This document shows positions 13,511 through 26,732 of a DNA stretch of 64,000 nucleotides, piece by piece. Position 1 is the first letter of the stretch. Each line of letters opens with the position of its first letter. This DNA is from Tubulanus polymorphus (lineage: Eukaryota > Animalia > Nemertea). The DNA lies in contig NC_134031.1 of NCBI RefSeq assembly GCF_964204645.1, positions 18,917,910 to 18,981,909 of the forward strand, read 5' to 3'. Made by a program: the position numbers and the translations under genes. The notes beneath the pieces are model-generated. The model did no database searches. It was not told the origin of the DNA and worked only from the letters and a program-made list of their open reading frames with translations.

Positions 13511-15621
13511 AAACGAGAGGTAAAAGTGGAGCCACGGCTGATACTGTGTACTCACTCTCATACACATAAACGGGTTTAAAGCAACAAGTTCATCACATAT
13601 CACTATTGGCAACCTCTCTTCCTCTTCCTTATAGAGATGATGCTCGTGTATCTTGACGCCTACAGGTATAGCCTCGGCAGCAGCCGCGCTTGTAGTACAT
13701 GGATGTGACGTTATGTACTAGAAATTACCTTTATTCACTCGACTTGAATGTTGAACCGTGAGCCTGAACTGCGAATAAATAAATAGCTTTAAGAATTAAT
13801 TTCTTTATACATATCAGTCGCAAGAGCCGCACTTTAGATATATAGCTGAGGATCAAGTTGAAATAAACAAACTTTTAACTCAAGACCGGACAACCTGTGG
13901 GACCGGGACGAGTGTTCTGTAGATCTGATACCATGAGACCAGTTGAATAACATGGATGAAATCTCCCGTGGATGTTAAATTAGGTTCGTCGAGAGAGCGT
14001 CCGAAAATAACCACCAACATAATGCAATACAAAGATAATCATTAATCACATCCACCATGTTTTCCACGGCCAAAAACATTGTATACAGAAAATGCTGCGT
14101 CGTTCTAACTTTTCTTTATCGGATTTATACACTGTACATATACGGGTTACAAACTATCATGGCGAAGATTGTACGGTGTAACCCGTTAATGGCACCGACA
14201 CTGGTGACTGTCATCTAACCCTAACCTAACCCCTAATTTCCGATATTTGCTATAGCGCAGTAACATGTGACTGCGGGGTACGAGTTGAATTCGTGTCTGT
14301 ATAAAGTGGAATAATGCACAGAAATCTCATTACGGGTGCTTTTATTTGTCAATTACTGCCTAGAATCAATAAGGCCGCTATACAGACAGGCTGACTCTCA
14401 GATTGCTCCTATGTATGGCTACTAAAATTGTTTGTCATCTAACACTCTTGTTGCCTCGGTCGAAACTTAGATATCAGATCAGTCTATTTTGTTTCTTCAG
14501 CCAAACAATCCAGCATACTAGCAGACTGCGCAACTGGGATGGGTCAGAAAATCATGGCTTAATTTTAGACCATCTTATAAAGCCATTCTTACAACTTAGG
14601 CCAGTCTTGAGATTTAAGACTATTTTCGAACTTACGCACTTTCTCTAAGAACCGGCCTCTAGGACCTTAATTCAAAGATGCTATTATTCGTGAGAACTAG
14701 AAGGTCTGAGGAGACTTCTCTTAAATCTAAGCCTTATCTGTGCCCCTTGAGTTTTTTTTGTGGTCACAAACTTCGTTTGCCGCAACGTGACCCGTGTCAT
14801 TAAGCGGTCGAACTATATAGAAACCTAAGCACACTGCGAATTGTACAACGGCTCTCGATGTCAGTTACAGCAGCAAAAAACCGCAACATTACAGAGACTG
14901 GCATGAGCGCATCCCCTACGGATGAGAGATTATCAAATTATACCGATTGGTCTCACAACAACTGCGGCCGCCGCAGCAACAAGCATCGATGATGCGCCTC
15001 ATCGCAATGGCTGATGTTCTGGACGGGAGATTAAGCGGTTTCATTGCTCGGATACAATGGCTTCAAGATGGGCAACAAATCAACAGATTTACAGTCGCCA
15101 AACGGACCGTGAGACACGTGACTGTGGAACACAAATAACGAGTGGCGAATGAGACACAACAAGTGACGCAGACGAAGCCCCAATTCGATGTGCGCCATCA
15201 ACCAAAACTCCAAATACTGTTTAAAACCCCCCGATTTAACGTCTGATTTACGGTGATTCTTTATGGCCCGATTTTTAATTGAACGTAACTCATTTATCAC
15301 CACGAGTTAAGCACGATCTATTACATATTTGTTTTCATACATCATAGGAGCCCGAACAGAGCCATAAAGGTTGTATATCTGAAGGTTGTTAACCCATGAA
15401 ACGCTCTACATGGTCTATTATTACATGCTGAATTTAGTAAAGACGAATGAGAAACTGTTAGCTCGATCTCTTTACCACAGTTAGCACTGGAGGCACGGAG
15501 TTTTTATGTTCTACATGTGTGTTTAATGTTTGTTTTTGTGCAAGCTGTGCACAGGATTGCTGTCATCGGACCATATCAACCCAATGGTCATTATCAATGC
15601 AAACCTACGAAATGTTATGTA

Positions 15622-15711
15622 CCCTCGATAGCTCAGTTGGTAGAGCGGAGGACTGTAGAATTGTGACAAGTAGACATCCTTAGGTCGCTGGTTCAAATCC
15701 GGCTCGAGGGA
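15622..15711 (+). tRNA. tRNA-Tyr: tRNA-Tyr(GTA) with a 17-nt intron (15659-15675)
   Basis: Mature sequence identical to the 6613 copy. Different intron (AATTGTGACAAGTAGAC). TTTTTT immediately downstream. Confidence 0.97.
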
Positions 15712-15713
15712 AA

Positions 15714-15719
15714 TTTTTT
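15714..15719 (+). terminator. Pol III oligo-T terminator of tRNA-Tyr copy 2
   Basis: T6 starting 3 nt after the discriminator base. Confidence 0.8.
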
Positions 15720-17599
15720 GAATTTTTGTAGCTTTTTTAAATTCTTCAGTTTTTCTTTAAGACAGATTATAAACTGTAGTACATGTATAAAGAATCACCT
15801 ATTAGATTCACTGCACAGCCACATGATTACTTTGTCAAAATGAAGTATGCGTGATGGATCAATGAAAAGTGTGTTGAAGGGACTGACATTCATTTCATGT
15901 GGTCTCAATGGCTCAGTTGTAGCGCGAATTTCACACAGTTTTCACGAAAGAAAATCTCTCGAGGATTTTGACACGTTTATTCCTTCAAGGATCCTCTGAA
16001 TCGATGAAGTAAGACATTGGTTAGTGATAAGGAGGTCGCCTATGACGCAGTAATTGAGAGAATGAGAAGATTATCATCAACACGCTTTCTACATCAGCTG
16101 CGCGGGCTTTGAATATAAACAAAATAATGCGGCAGCAATTAAGCAAATCCATAAACTAGATGATATCTGCAAATGTAAATATTGCGAGGTTTAATGAATT
16201 GTTACGAGTCTCCGAGGAACCACATTAAACACACACCAAAACAATATCAACTGAAATTGAATTATTTCAAGGAGATATAATGGTTATATCAGTTCCTGAT
16301 ACCACAGAGAGGAGTACAGGGTATATGTTATATAGATTAAATTCAATAAATTTCAAAAACATGTTAGAATTAATGTTAATTAGAATTTATCGCCTTGAAT
16401 ATGAGCAGTAGAAAAAAGATCGTTATTATACACGACGTAGCATTTGACCAGATTCGGAGAGAAACAGTTCAGAATATTGCCAACCGTCGTAGTAGTTGGT
16501 ACCCGATCATTTTGTCAGAGACATTCCAAATAAAGACTTAGACTTATCAAAGTGAATTGGAAATACAAATTGGGAATAAGAAATAAAGATGACTTCAGCA
16601 ATGTGACGACTGATCCCATGACGACTTAGCGAGTCTGACTGTAACACTAGCATAAGCCTTATGCATTGCCAATCTAGCTAATAAAGACTTAGGCTTGTCT
16701 TATGACTTCAGCCAATTCTTTAAGGCGAGTCTGGATTTCGTTTATATCCTTTTTAAAATAAAATAACATTAAGAAGAATGATATTAATGCGACCTCAGCA
16801 GTTTCAGTATAGGATTATACGGAGGACGCGCAGGGAGGAAGGTATCAGAGAAGTTCCCGGAATATCTTCATTGAAATGTGCGGTTTACTGCCAGGGATAG
16901 TACAGACGGACGACAGGGATGATGACTAAATCTTGTTGAAGGTTTTTCGGTTCAGTTCGTCGCTGTCGTGTTGACTCAAAGAACGTCTTTGTGTCAACAA
17001 GTTGTTTGAAATGCTTTTAGCGAGATGGCTACAATGCTTTAAAAACCGCGCGTAATGGACGTTTCGAGACAACGCATGAACTTTTCGTTAAAGACAGAGT
17101 TTTTCCTGACGTTCCCAAAACGAATCGCTGAAAGCTAGAAACTTTACGACTAAGCTATTTCTGGTTTTCTGCGCTTCCAAAAATACATCCTTTCTCGAAA
17201 GGGATTCGAAGTTGGTGGCGAGACCATCCACGCGGTAATCTGGTGTTGTTCTCCTATCGACGTCAATCGAATCCCTGATCTATCAACGGCAATGGTCGGA
17301 AATATTAGATCACACGACCTTGAGATAATCATCCAACATTCTCCTCAACCGAAACATGATCATTTCATTCCATACAACCGATGAAATTTGACCTGTTGGA
17401 AAACATTTAATCAGAAATAAAACATTACAACTGTCAACACAATTTCAGATATAAATATTTGTCTAAATCGAAGCCGCAGCCGCGGGATGACTCAAAATAT
17501 CCTGAACAAAAATCAATTCTTTACGTCACATCTTCACATGAAATTCTAGCAGAAAGGATTTAGTGTACGGTCACGTGGGCTATTTGTGGAACCCCTCCC

Positions 17600-17950
17600 C
17601 TTACAGCTGTGGAGAGAAAGCAGCGAGTAGAATAGTCACATAGGTTCTCGGCGGACCCTCTACCCTCACAGCTGTGGGCGGAGAACAACGAGTAGAACAG
17701 TCACAATAGATACTTTGTACTAAACCGCCTCCCATCACAGCTGTGTTGGAAGTGACTGGATAGAACGGCCACAAGATGTTCATGGTGAACCTCATCACAG
17801 TTGTGGTGGAAGTGACTGGATAGAATGGTCACAAGATGTTCTTGGTGAACCTCATCCCAGCTGTAGCAGGAACAGAGACATTGGTTCTGCAAGTTCCACT
17901 AAAGTTGTAGCAGATAAAGCGTGATTATAGAAACGGTTCTTGGAGAAACA
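17600..17950 (+). repeat. Degenerate ~60-bp tandem repeat, 5-6 copies
   Basis: Repeated CACAGCTGTG...TAGAA..GTCACAA...GTTC. The two units at 17736-17854 are near-identical. Confidence 0.8.
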
Positions 17951-20900
17951 AAAAACCAACCGGTGGAAGATGAGTAGTGGGAAGTGAAACGTCAGATATT
18001 ATCATTGAAACCGGAAACTGAAACGACGACTACGATAACTAGTAAAATGTAGCTGCGAGCATTTCCATTAATAGCGAGATGTTTAATTTATGAGAGAGAT
18101 GTCTCCTCTCATACAACTCGTCAACATTGATTTATCGGCTACTTCGGTTTAGAAAGTAAATTAAATTGATTCACATTCAATTTCGCCGGTTCTCGTCGTG
18201 TATTTATAAAGCTGCACGCGAGCGAGGAGGGACGAGAGGAGTATCGCTGCGGCAGGCGATGTTTACCGCCAATAATTAACTAATTGCTGCTGAATTTACT
18301 TTGGAGAAATATAACACGTGATAATAGGAGAATCGACGCGCTGATGCTTTCCTCTGATATATCAAACAGACAAATCTGAACTGGAAACTGAACGGCAATG
18401 ACACGAATGGGGCCCATACAGGTTAGCGCCAACTTTAAAAAATGTCCGTGAATCATTTGACTCATTTGGTTGCATTTTGTATTTCGTATTCGCTAGGTGA
18501 ACTATCAAACTGCGTGAAAACTATATTGGGCAAACATAGACTTTGCCAAAGCTTTCGATGCAATGTATGAGGAGGGTTGTAAAAAAAGCTTCTAAATCAT
18601 AGAAAGTAATTGAACTTATACGTTATGTGTACCGAAACGTAAAATCTTGAGTTTGCATAACGAAAATATTTCTGTTCTTTTTTTTCTTGTAAAAAGGGGT
18701 TAAAGAAGGTGAAAACTAGTTTGCAATTCGAAAACTTGTCCTTATCCGATCATTATTAAGTTTATACAATGTCATACGGCAGTTCATTCGGAAAAGGTCA
18801 GCTTAAACATTGAAGGGTCACTTGTACAAGGCGCACACGACCCCCTGGATGCGCTTCTGATTGGTACGATCGATGAACACGGCGTTGGTGTTTGCGCTAT
18901 TTACTGATTCGATGCGCATCGCGTTGCGAGTTGTCGTGATGTACGCTTCGGTTTATAGTAAATGGCGGGGATTAGACCCGTCAAATTAAAGCGTAATAAA
19001 TCGCAGATTTATGCGGCTAGCTCGACGAGAGATATTCGGACCCTAATTCCATCGAAACGAACGAGAAGAACGACTACACGAATGCCGTGTATTACTGAAT
19101 GAATCCGGGAGGCGAAAAAAAATATGATCAAACATGACAAGCGGCCGGAGATTGAGTCGCGCCGTTCCTACTAGTAATAGGTGTCAATGCGCGGATCGGG
19201 TTATATTAACTAGTCTGGGAACTGTGAGATAAGCGTCTATCAGACATTCATCTCGTGGTAAATACGGCAATTTTTCACAATTAAAATTTTCCGCTCCATC
19301 GCCCCCGCATCGCACCCCGGTATAAGTCTCAAAACTCTCTCTGTGTTAAATGAGGCTGACGCTGATTCTATGTTGCGCTCATACCACCGATACATTATAA
19401 GGGTTTATTACAAATTGAAGAGACGGCAAATTGATTCTGATTGTGCCATTAAAACTGCATAAAACCAGCAGTGATTTGTAGATAGTATTAGCGAGTTGCA
19501 CGAAGAGACATGGTGTTGAGAGATAGAGACAGCCAATAGATACTTTAACAGAAAATCTTACACCAGAAAATTAAGCTGAAATGGCTGAGGCTAATCTGCG
19601 GATTTGGATCCGCCTTACACGAAACGCCAGTCGACTCGCATCTCCAAGTTCGATTTAGAACGTACCAATACTCACAAATTATGTATATTAATTTTCTAAC
19701 CCTAGAGAGCTACATTAGATGAAATAGAATAATGAAATGGAGCGATGCCGCATGATGCAGAGTTATACAGCCAACCGCGAGAGCAAACATATTAATACTA
19801 GATCAATCATAATATCATAACAAACTTGGGAAATCTGTTGCTTCCGTTTTCGTCGATAAACAACTAATTCCCAGATGTGTCGTATGTAAACTGATCGCTG
19901 TCACATATTACATTATACACAACTCATACGCAATACACTAGAGATACTCACACAATCGTCCTCTTTTTTATACTATACCTCTCCTCTTTACTACTCATTT
20001 CCTCCTTTCTATTCTTCCCTCACTTCTCTCCTACCTCCCTCACGTTCTCGGTCATCTCCTCTCACCTTGTCCCTCCCCACTCGCTTGTTCCGATCCTCCC
20101 TCGCTATCTTCTCACTTCGCGCTTCCTTGCACATTTCCTACCCCAATATCTTTGATCCTCTCACCTTCCTCGCTCTGTCGTTCCATTCCCCTCACACTCT
20201 CTTGGTCCTCTCTCGTCCCTTCACCCCCTCACGTCTGTTGATCAGTACCCATGAGAATCGTTCGAATCTAATGAAACAAAAGGGTTACAGTTACAGGATA
20301 GAAACTGGCAAATTCCAGACTCAGATTTCGCGCTGACAGTGAATGAAATCCTCTGAATGGAAATTGTTTTTAAAGGTTTTGTTTTCTTTCTCGTATGGTT
20401 TCGAGTTTGTTTGTCTGCGGCGGCGGCGGCAGAATCCAATCGATCACGATCTTTCATAAAACTCAATCTCTCACAAACGACGATCCACAGTTAAATTGCC
20501 ACCGGTTTTTGATGGATGGGATCGAGGGGGTTTATTTGGATGACATATTTTCCATTTCTCCCTCGCCGCCGCAACCGCGCAGCCGAAACACCACAACCGC
20601 AGCCACGCTAACATCAACAAGAGAACCAGCAGAGTCGCGCGAGAGGCAAGGTCTCTCCTCGTCTGCACCAGTAGCGTTTCAATCAACTTGTTTAATCAGC
20701 TGATTTGAAAAGCGACGATGATTTTCGTTCCGTCGATTTTAACCACGCACCGCGAGCTTTTCTATTTAATAGTTGTCGATAGCGGCGATTGAGACGCAGA
20801 TTCTACTGTAATCAGCGCGTCCAAGTCCTGGAAGTGGGTCACGCAAGACTCGTTCCTAAATCATCCGTGGTAACATAATACTTGGTGAGAAAATGTGAAC

Positions 20901-21973
20901 TTTGGAAATTTTTGATGTAAAATGTTTGCTCCATGAAAGAAAGTGTTATTCACAAAATGCAATGCTATTCTATTTGATATTTGTCAGTTGGGTAGAAATA
21001 TGAAAACGGGCTTCTACTAAATCCAGCGTTTAAACTCTGTGTACCTAATTTTTACCCTTAAACCTGTTGCACAAAACGGTTTAGCGACTACAAAAATTGA
21101 CAATTATGTTAAAAACGAGTTTGAATAGAAATATCTTCACATATTTTCCTGCTTCGGTGATATGGATCTTGCTAGGAAAAAAAAATCTGACTGTTTTTGC
21201 TCGCTGAAAAAAACGTCAGGATGTTCTATTCGAAATTTAATGCAATTTTGTAAAGCTTCCATCATCGATCTCGGAACGGAGTCGAAAAATTCCATTTCGA
21301 TAAATCAAACGACGGCCGCGATTTCGGTTTAAAACCTGAACAATTCACACGAGATCAAGATAGAAATTGCCGCGTTCTTTATACACGACCCCGGGGAGTC
21401 GGCGTCGCATTAAGACGCCCAGATTGGATAAAACCTTTACGTAACCGGTTGGATTTTGTGCAAATTCCTCGGAGGAAATCTAAACCACGGCGTCGCGTCG
21501 TCAAAATGTCTCTTAGTCATCAGCTCTCAGTAGGAGCGGGGTTGGATGGTGTCGGGGATGCCAGGTTGAAGTGTTGTTACTGTAACGGTTAATGGCCAGA
21601 CGACTCTGCGTGAGAGAGGGAGAGAGAGAGGGGGGTCGCTGCCTCGAGTGGCTGATGGGGGGGGGGGGTGTTCAACATCACAGATCGCGTCTGTAGGGCG
21701 GGTGGGGGTAATTAACTTCGATCGCGTCGACCGTGAAGTGACGTTGTCGAGGACCTAACCGCACCCTTGCAAATTTGGTCGGCCGTTTGTAAAAATTGAA
21801 CAGAAAAAGCACACCAGTAACACCATCTCAAGCAGCACCAGCAGCACCGCCACCACCACCATCAGCAAAATAGCCAGCAGCAGCCGCAGCACCAGTACCA
21901 ACACCTGCACCACCCTGTAGCAGCACCAGTACCAGAACCAGCAGCACCGCCACCACCACCATCAGCAAAATAG

Positions 21974-22099
<126 letters not shown>

Positions 22100-24793
22100 C
22101 CAGTACCAACACCTGCACCACCTTGCAGCAGCGCCGCCAGGAGCAGCACCATCACCAGCACCAGCACCAGCACCATCACCAGCACCACCAGCAGCACAAG
22201 GGCCGCAGTAAATGCAATAAATGGAAATTTGCTGTTCACTTTGAACTCTCTTGTTGAGTTGATAGCAAGAATTGATACTACTAAAAGCAACTGTAGCGAG
22301 ATCTGTACTCCGAATAATCGTAACTAAAAAACATATCATGTATTTTTTTATATCAAGGCATTTCGCGTTTCGGTATAAAATTAAATAAACTGAAACGATC
22401 CGTCGGCGAGTTTTTACACGGTCGTTTCGTCGAGCGCGGAAATTGATTAAACATTTAGCGTTTAGTCGAAACAGATGAACTGCTACAGTCGACCGATGAT
22501 CGATTTCACTGAGCGAGTTCAGTTCTGTCCTCGTCGACGATATTTTACCTCGCAAAAATCGGCCCATTATTGATGTTAAATACCGCGCGCCCTCTCTCCC
22601 TCTCCCTCTCCCCTCCCCTCAGCGCAGCCTGCTATTTAAAGCTCAATTCATCCGTTTACCGTTTGCCCAACGATTTTCTTTTGCCGTCGACGTCGCCGCT
22701 TTTGACTGCCTTACACAAACAAGACAGACAGTCGGTTAAATCTCCCGTGCGAATTTCATCAACGTTTACAAACCCGAAATGCATCCCGCAACCGGTTCCC
22801 TTACTGCAGTTACCATGGCGACAAGGGTATGTTTCTATTTACTCATCACAGGACCGCCACAAGTCGTCGAAATAATTCAATAATGAACTAATTTCCCTTC
22901 AAATTTCATTTTTCCATTGCCTAAAAGGGGAACTGAACGTCACGGCAATAGTTCCTCGGGGGTCAGTTGCAAAGTGATGGTTTAGATCTAGTTTTAACTA
23001 ATCTATCAATTAAGACCAGTCTTAAGATCTTTAAGATTTTGGACATCAGTCGCGACTTTAATTCATCCACATGTCGTATACGCATTCGAGTCGTTATAAC
23101 GCCTCGTGTCCCGAGGCGATCAGGAAAAATAACCTTTATGTCGACTGGGCGCGCCGTGTAAGAGCACTTTCGATGTTAGCTTACAAGCGCGGTATGTTCA
23201 CTTCCTCGTCACAAGCTTTTATAAACCCGATAAACCTGCTAGTATAGCGACATCCAAACGTCCGTCGGGCGTCAGTGTCGGGTGTTACAGCCGCCGCCGC
23301 CGACGCGGTGATGGTGGTGGGAACGGTAAGAGTGCTCCGTGAGCGGCATACCCCGCCGCATCAACGAATCAGCCAGTAAAACTACATCATCGATGCAAAA
23401 AAAACCAATTAGAGGAAATGGCGAAAAATGCCGCCGGGTTTCGACGAAGAAAGAACGACGAACACTCGCAATGACAAGACGGGAGAACTTCAACGCCGCA
23501 TTTAATCCGAACACATCGAGTTTTTCTGGATCAACTGGTTAAAAACACGAAGAATCTTCGAGAGCCGGTTCTGATGCGCACGCGCCGCGGGCTAATGGCA
23601 ACTGTATGATAGATGCGGTCCGGTTGTCTTGGCGATACAAGTTACAGTCTTATCGCTGCATCCGCGTGTTTTTATGTCGTGCAAATTGATGCTGAATATA
23701 AAAGCACAGGCAACCATCGATGCAACGCATTATCTCGTTCCTTTATCGGTTATTGACCAAAGTGTCGATACGAATCATATTTCAAAGGATGGTCGTAAAA
23801 ATGTGCGATCACTTTAACAAGAAACGTAAGGCCTCGAGACGCGGACAAGTATAAAAATTGAGAAACCTAAAATTGCGAATGCTTCCCTCTTGCCTTTGCT
23901 GTAAACCGAAATTAGAAGGTTTTAGGTTTTATAAATGAGGCGCTTTTTGTAGATCAGTTTTAGTCTCTACGTACATACTCTCAGTTCGATAAATTGATTT
24001 GATTTGATTTTGTGACCCTTAGAAACCCGCCACGCCTGCTGGGAATGACACAGGGGCAGTCGTTGGAGTAATCAATGATTACACCAAGGGCAGTCTTATC
24101 TGGAGAAAGTTGCGCATCGAACATGTCGATCTCCCCTGGAAAGGCGCTCTATACAAAGAAACCCATATCGCCATTAAGTATCTTTTGACAGTTTTTTATA
24201 GCAGTCACCTGGGGCAAGTTCGCCGTTACTGACGCTAGCGAGGAGGACAACATGTAATCGCGCGTAAAGGGTTAAATGTTAATGTGGCGATGACACTTGA
24301 AGTCTCCGGATTCGCTAACGTCATTTCCTGCACGAAGCCGTCAGGATTCGATAAACTAGGCCCCAAGTTATTGGTCATTATGCCTGGAATTTTATTGCCT
24401 TAATCACCGCCGGGGAAAAAGCGGGCACTTTCAGGACACCAGTTGCTGAATAATTCACGATTTTTATTACTGTTAATGAACTATCGAGGAATCGTCTGCC
24501 AAGAGAGACACAGGGAGAGAGAGAGAGAGAAAGCGCGAACGATCACCCGAGTGTCGTCTGCAATAGAAACGATTCGTTTCTAATGACATTTCCATAAACA
24601 GTGAACCTGATGCATCAACCGTTTAGACAAGACTCGATTTATTTCCTCAATTTAAAGTAAGTTCCACGTGTGAAGTTTAAGATTTATGAAATTTCGAATA
24701 TGACGTGTATGTTCGGGTCGATCGTCAAATACTTGAGACACAACATCACCTGACTTCCTTGCGATTGACAGCGCAAGACCGGGCAATTTGCAT

Positions 24794-24915
24794 CCTCCCC
24801 CGGCAGGGATTCGAACCTGATGGCATCGTTAGACTCGGCCAGCGGCGAGTCTCGATGATTGCTCGAGTCTGGGGATTCCTGGTGAGCCTCCTAGAATGCA
24901 CTGCTACTAAGGAGG
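24794..24915 (-). other. tRNA-like Pol III element with a long internal hairpin
   Basis: Minus strand CCTCCTT...GGGGGAGG closing stem, perfect B box GGTTCGAATCCC, and internal stem CATCG-AGACTCG/CGAGTCT-aa-CGATG. Confidence 0.5.
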
Positions 24916-25984
24916 CAGGACCAGTGTGATGGCGACGACTTAGGTCCAAAGGTGGTCTCAAATCCAAGCTGTGGCATCAATAAACATTTTGTTTTGTAGA
25001 ACTTTTTGCCGTATTCGGGCTGAAATTGATTTATAATCCTCGGTGGCTGGTTGTCGAAGGGCAGCTTATCGCTGTCACGATCACTATAACCGTTCACTGA
25101 CTCAGACTCCACAAGAGCAACAGTAAAAACAACTGTAAGAACCTCTCTCCCGCTACAACCGTTTCCTCTTATGCAAATCTTACGCGGATTTCTGACATCA
25201 CAGGCACAGAAATCCATACTACAACAAGTGCCGATATCAAAGCATTTCAATTAATGGCTTCAGTTCGAAAAATCGCCCTGAGTCATTCATATTCTTGGCG
25301 AGTGTCACAAAGAAGTCGGCATTTTTTTCAAACTATCGCTTATTTACTTCAAACTTCATTTGTGAATCATAAGTAATTCACACTTTTCAATTGACTTAAT
25401 TTCAACTAAAAGTGAAGAGCGCAGCGCGCAGGGGAAGTGAATCCGTAATTCGAAACCGGGACGACGGCGAGTGATATATGCGACTATATCGAAGCTGTTT
25501 CAGTCGCGATACAGAACCCGAAGCAAAGCAATAAATCCATGATTGAAAAAGCGAACGTCGACGGTCGATTCTGTGTGGGAATGGGAGATGTTGTGTTTTG
25601 TGTCGATGATAGGAAACTGAGAACGAATTACGGCGGCTATGTTTCCCGAATACAAATGGTTTTGCCGATATTATATAAAGACCTCTGGTAGCAAACAGGC
25701 AGGCTGCAGGCTGCAGGCGCGTACGGAGACGGGTAAGATCTATACCTCACTACATTCTATTAAACGATCGTCAAAGGAGAACTCATATATTGCTCAGAAC
25801 GGCAACCAATGTTTCCAATTTCCATATTTCTAATACATTTTGCATTTTGAGTAAGAAGTTTTACCGTATCGATGTTGAAGCAGTGTTCCGTTCGCATTTT
25901 ATTTCAATTGCGATGGTCAGTATTTGGACTGGGTGTGAATATTGTTTCAGTTTTTTTAGATTGAACGGTAAAAATCCGGTAAAC

Positions 25985-26732
25985 GGAGAGGGAGAGGGAG
26001 AGGGAGAGGGAGAGGGAGAGGGAGAGGGAGAGGGAGAGGGAGAGGGAGAGGGAGAGGGAGAGGGAGAGGGAGAGGGAGAGGGAGAGGGAGAGGGAGAGGG
26101 AGAGGGAGAGGGAGAGGGAGAGGGAGAGGGAGAGGGAGAGGGAGAGGGAGAGGGAGAGGGAGAGGGAGAGGGAGAGGGAGAGGGAGAGGGAGAGGGAGAA
26201 TGAGAGGGAGAGGTAGAGGGAGAGGGAGAGGGAGAGGGAGAGGGAGAGGGAGAGGGAGAGGGAGAGGGAGAGGGAGAGGGAGAGGGAGAGGGAGAGGGAG
26301 AATGAGAGGGAGAGGTAGAGGGAGAGGGAGAGGGAGAGGGAGAGGGAGAGGGAGAGGGAGAGGGAGAGGGAGAGGGAGAGGGAGAATGAGAGGGAGAGGT
26401 AGAGGGAGAGGGAGAGGGAGAGGGAGAGGGAGAGGGAGAGGGAGAGGGAGAGGGAGAGGGAGAGGGAGAGGGAGAGGGAGAGGGAGAGGGAGAGGGAGAG
26501 GGAGAGGGAGAGGGAGAGGGAGAGGGAGAGGGAGAGGGAGAGGGAGAGGGAGAGGGAGAGGGAGAGGGAGAATGAGAGGGAGAGGTAGAGGGAGAGGGAG
26601 AGGGAGAGGGAGAGGGAGAGGGAGAGGGAGAGGGAGAGGGAGAGGGAGAGGGAGAGGGAGAGGGAGAGGGAGAGGGAGAGGGAGAGGGAGAGGGAGAGGG
26701 AGAATGAGAGGGAGAGGGAGAGGGAGAGGGAG
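25985..26732 (+). repeat. (GGGAGA)n hexamer array, ~750 bp
   Basis: Near-pure purine tract with recurring AATGAGA and GGTAGA variants. Confidence 0.98.
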
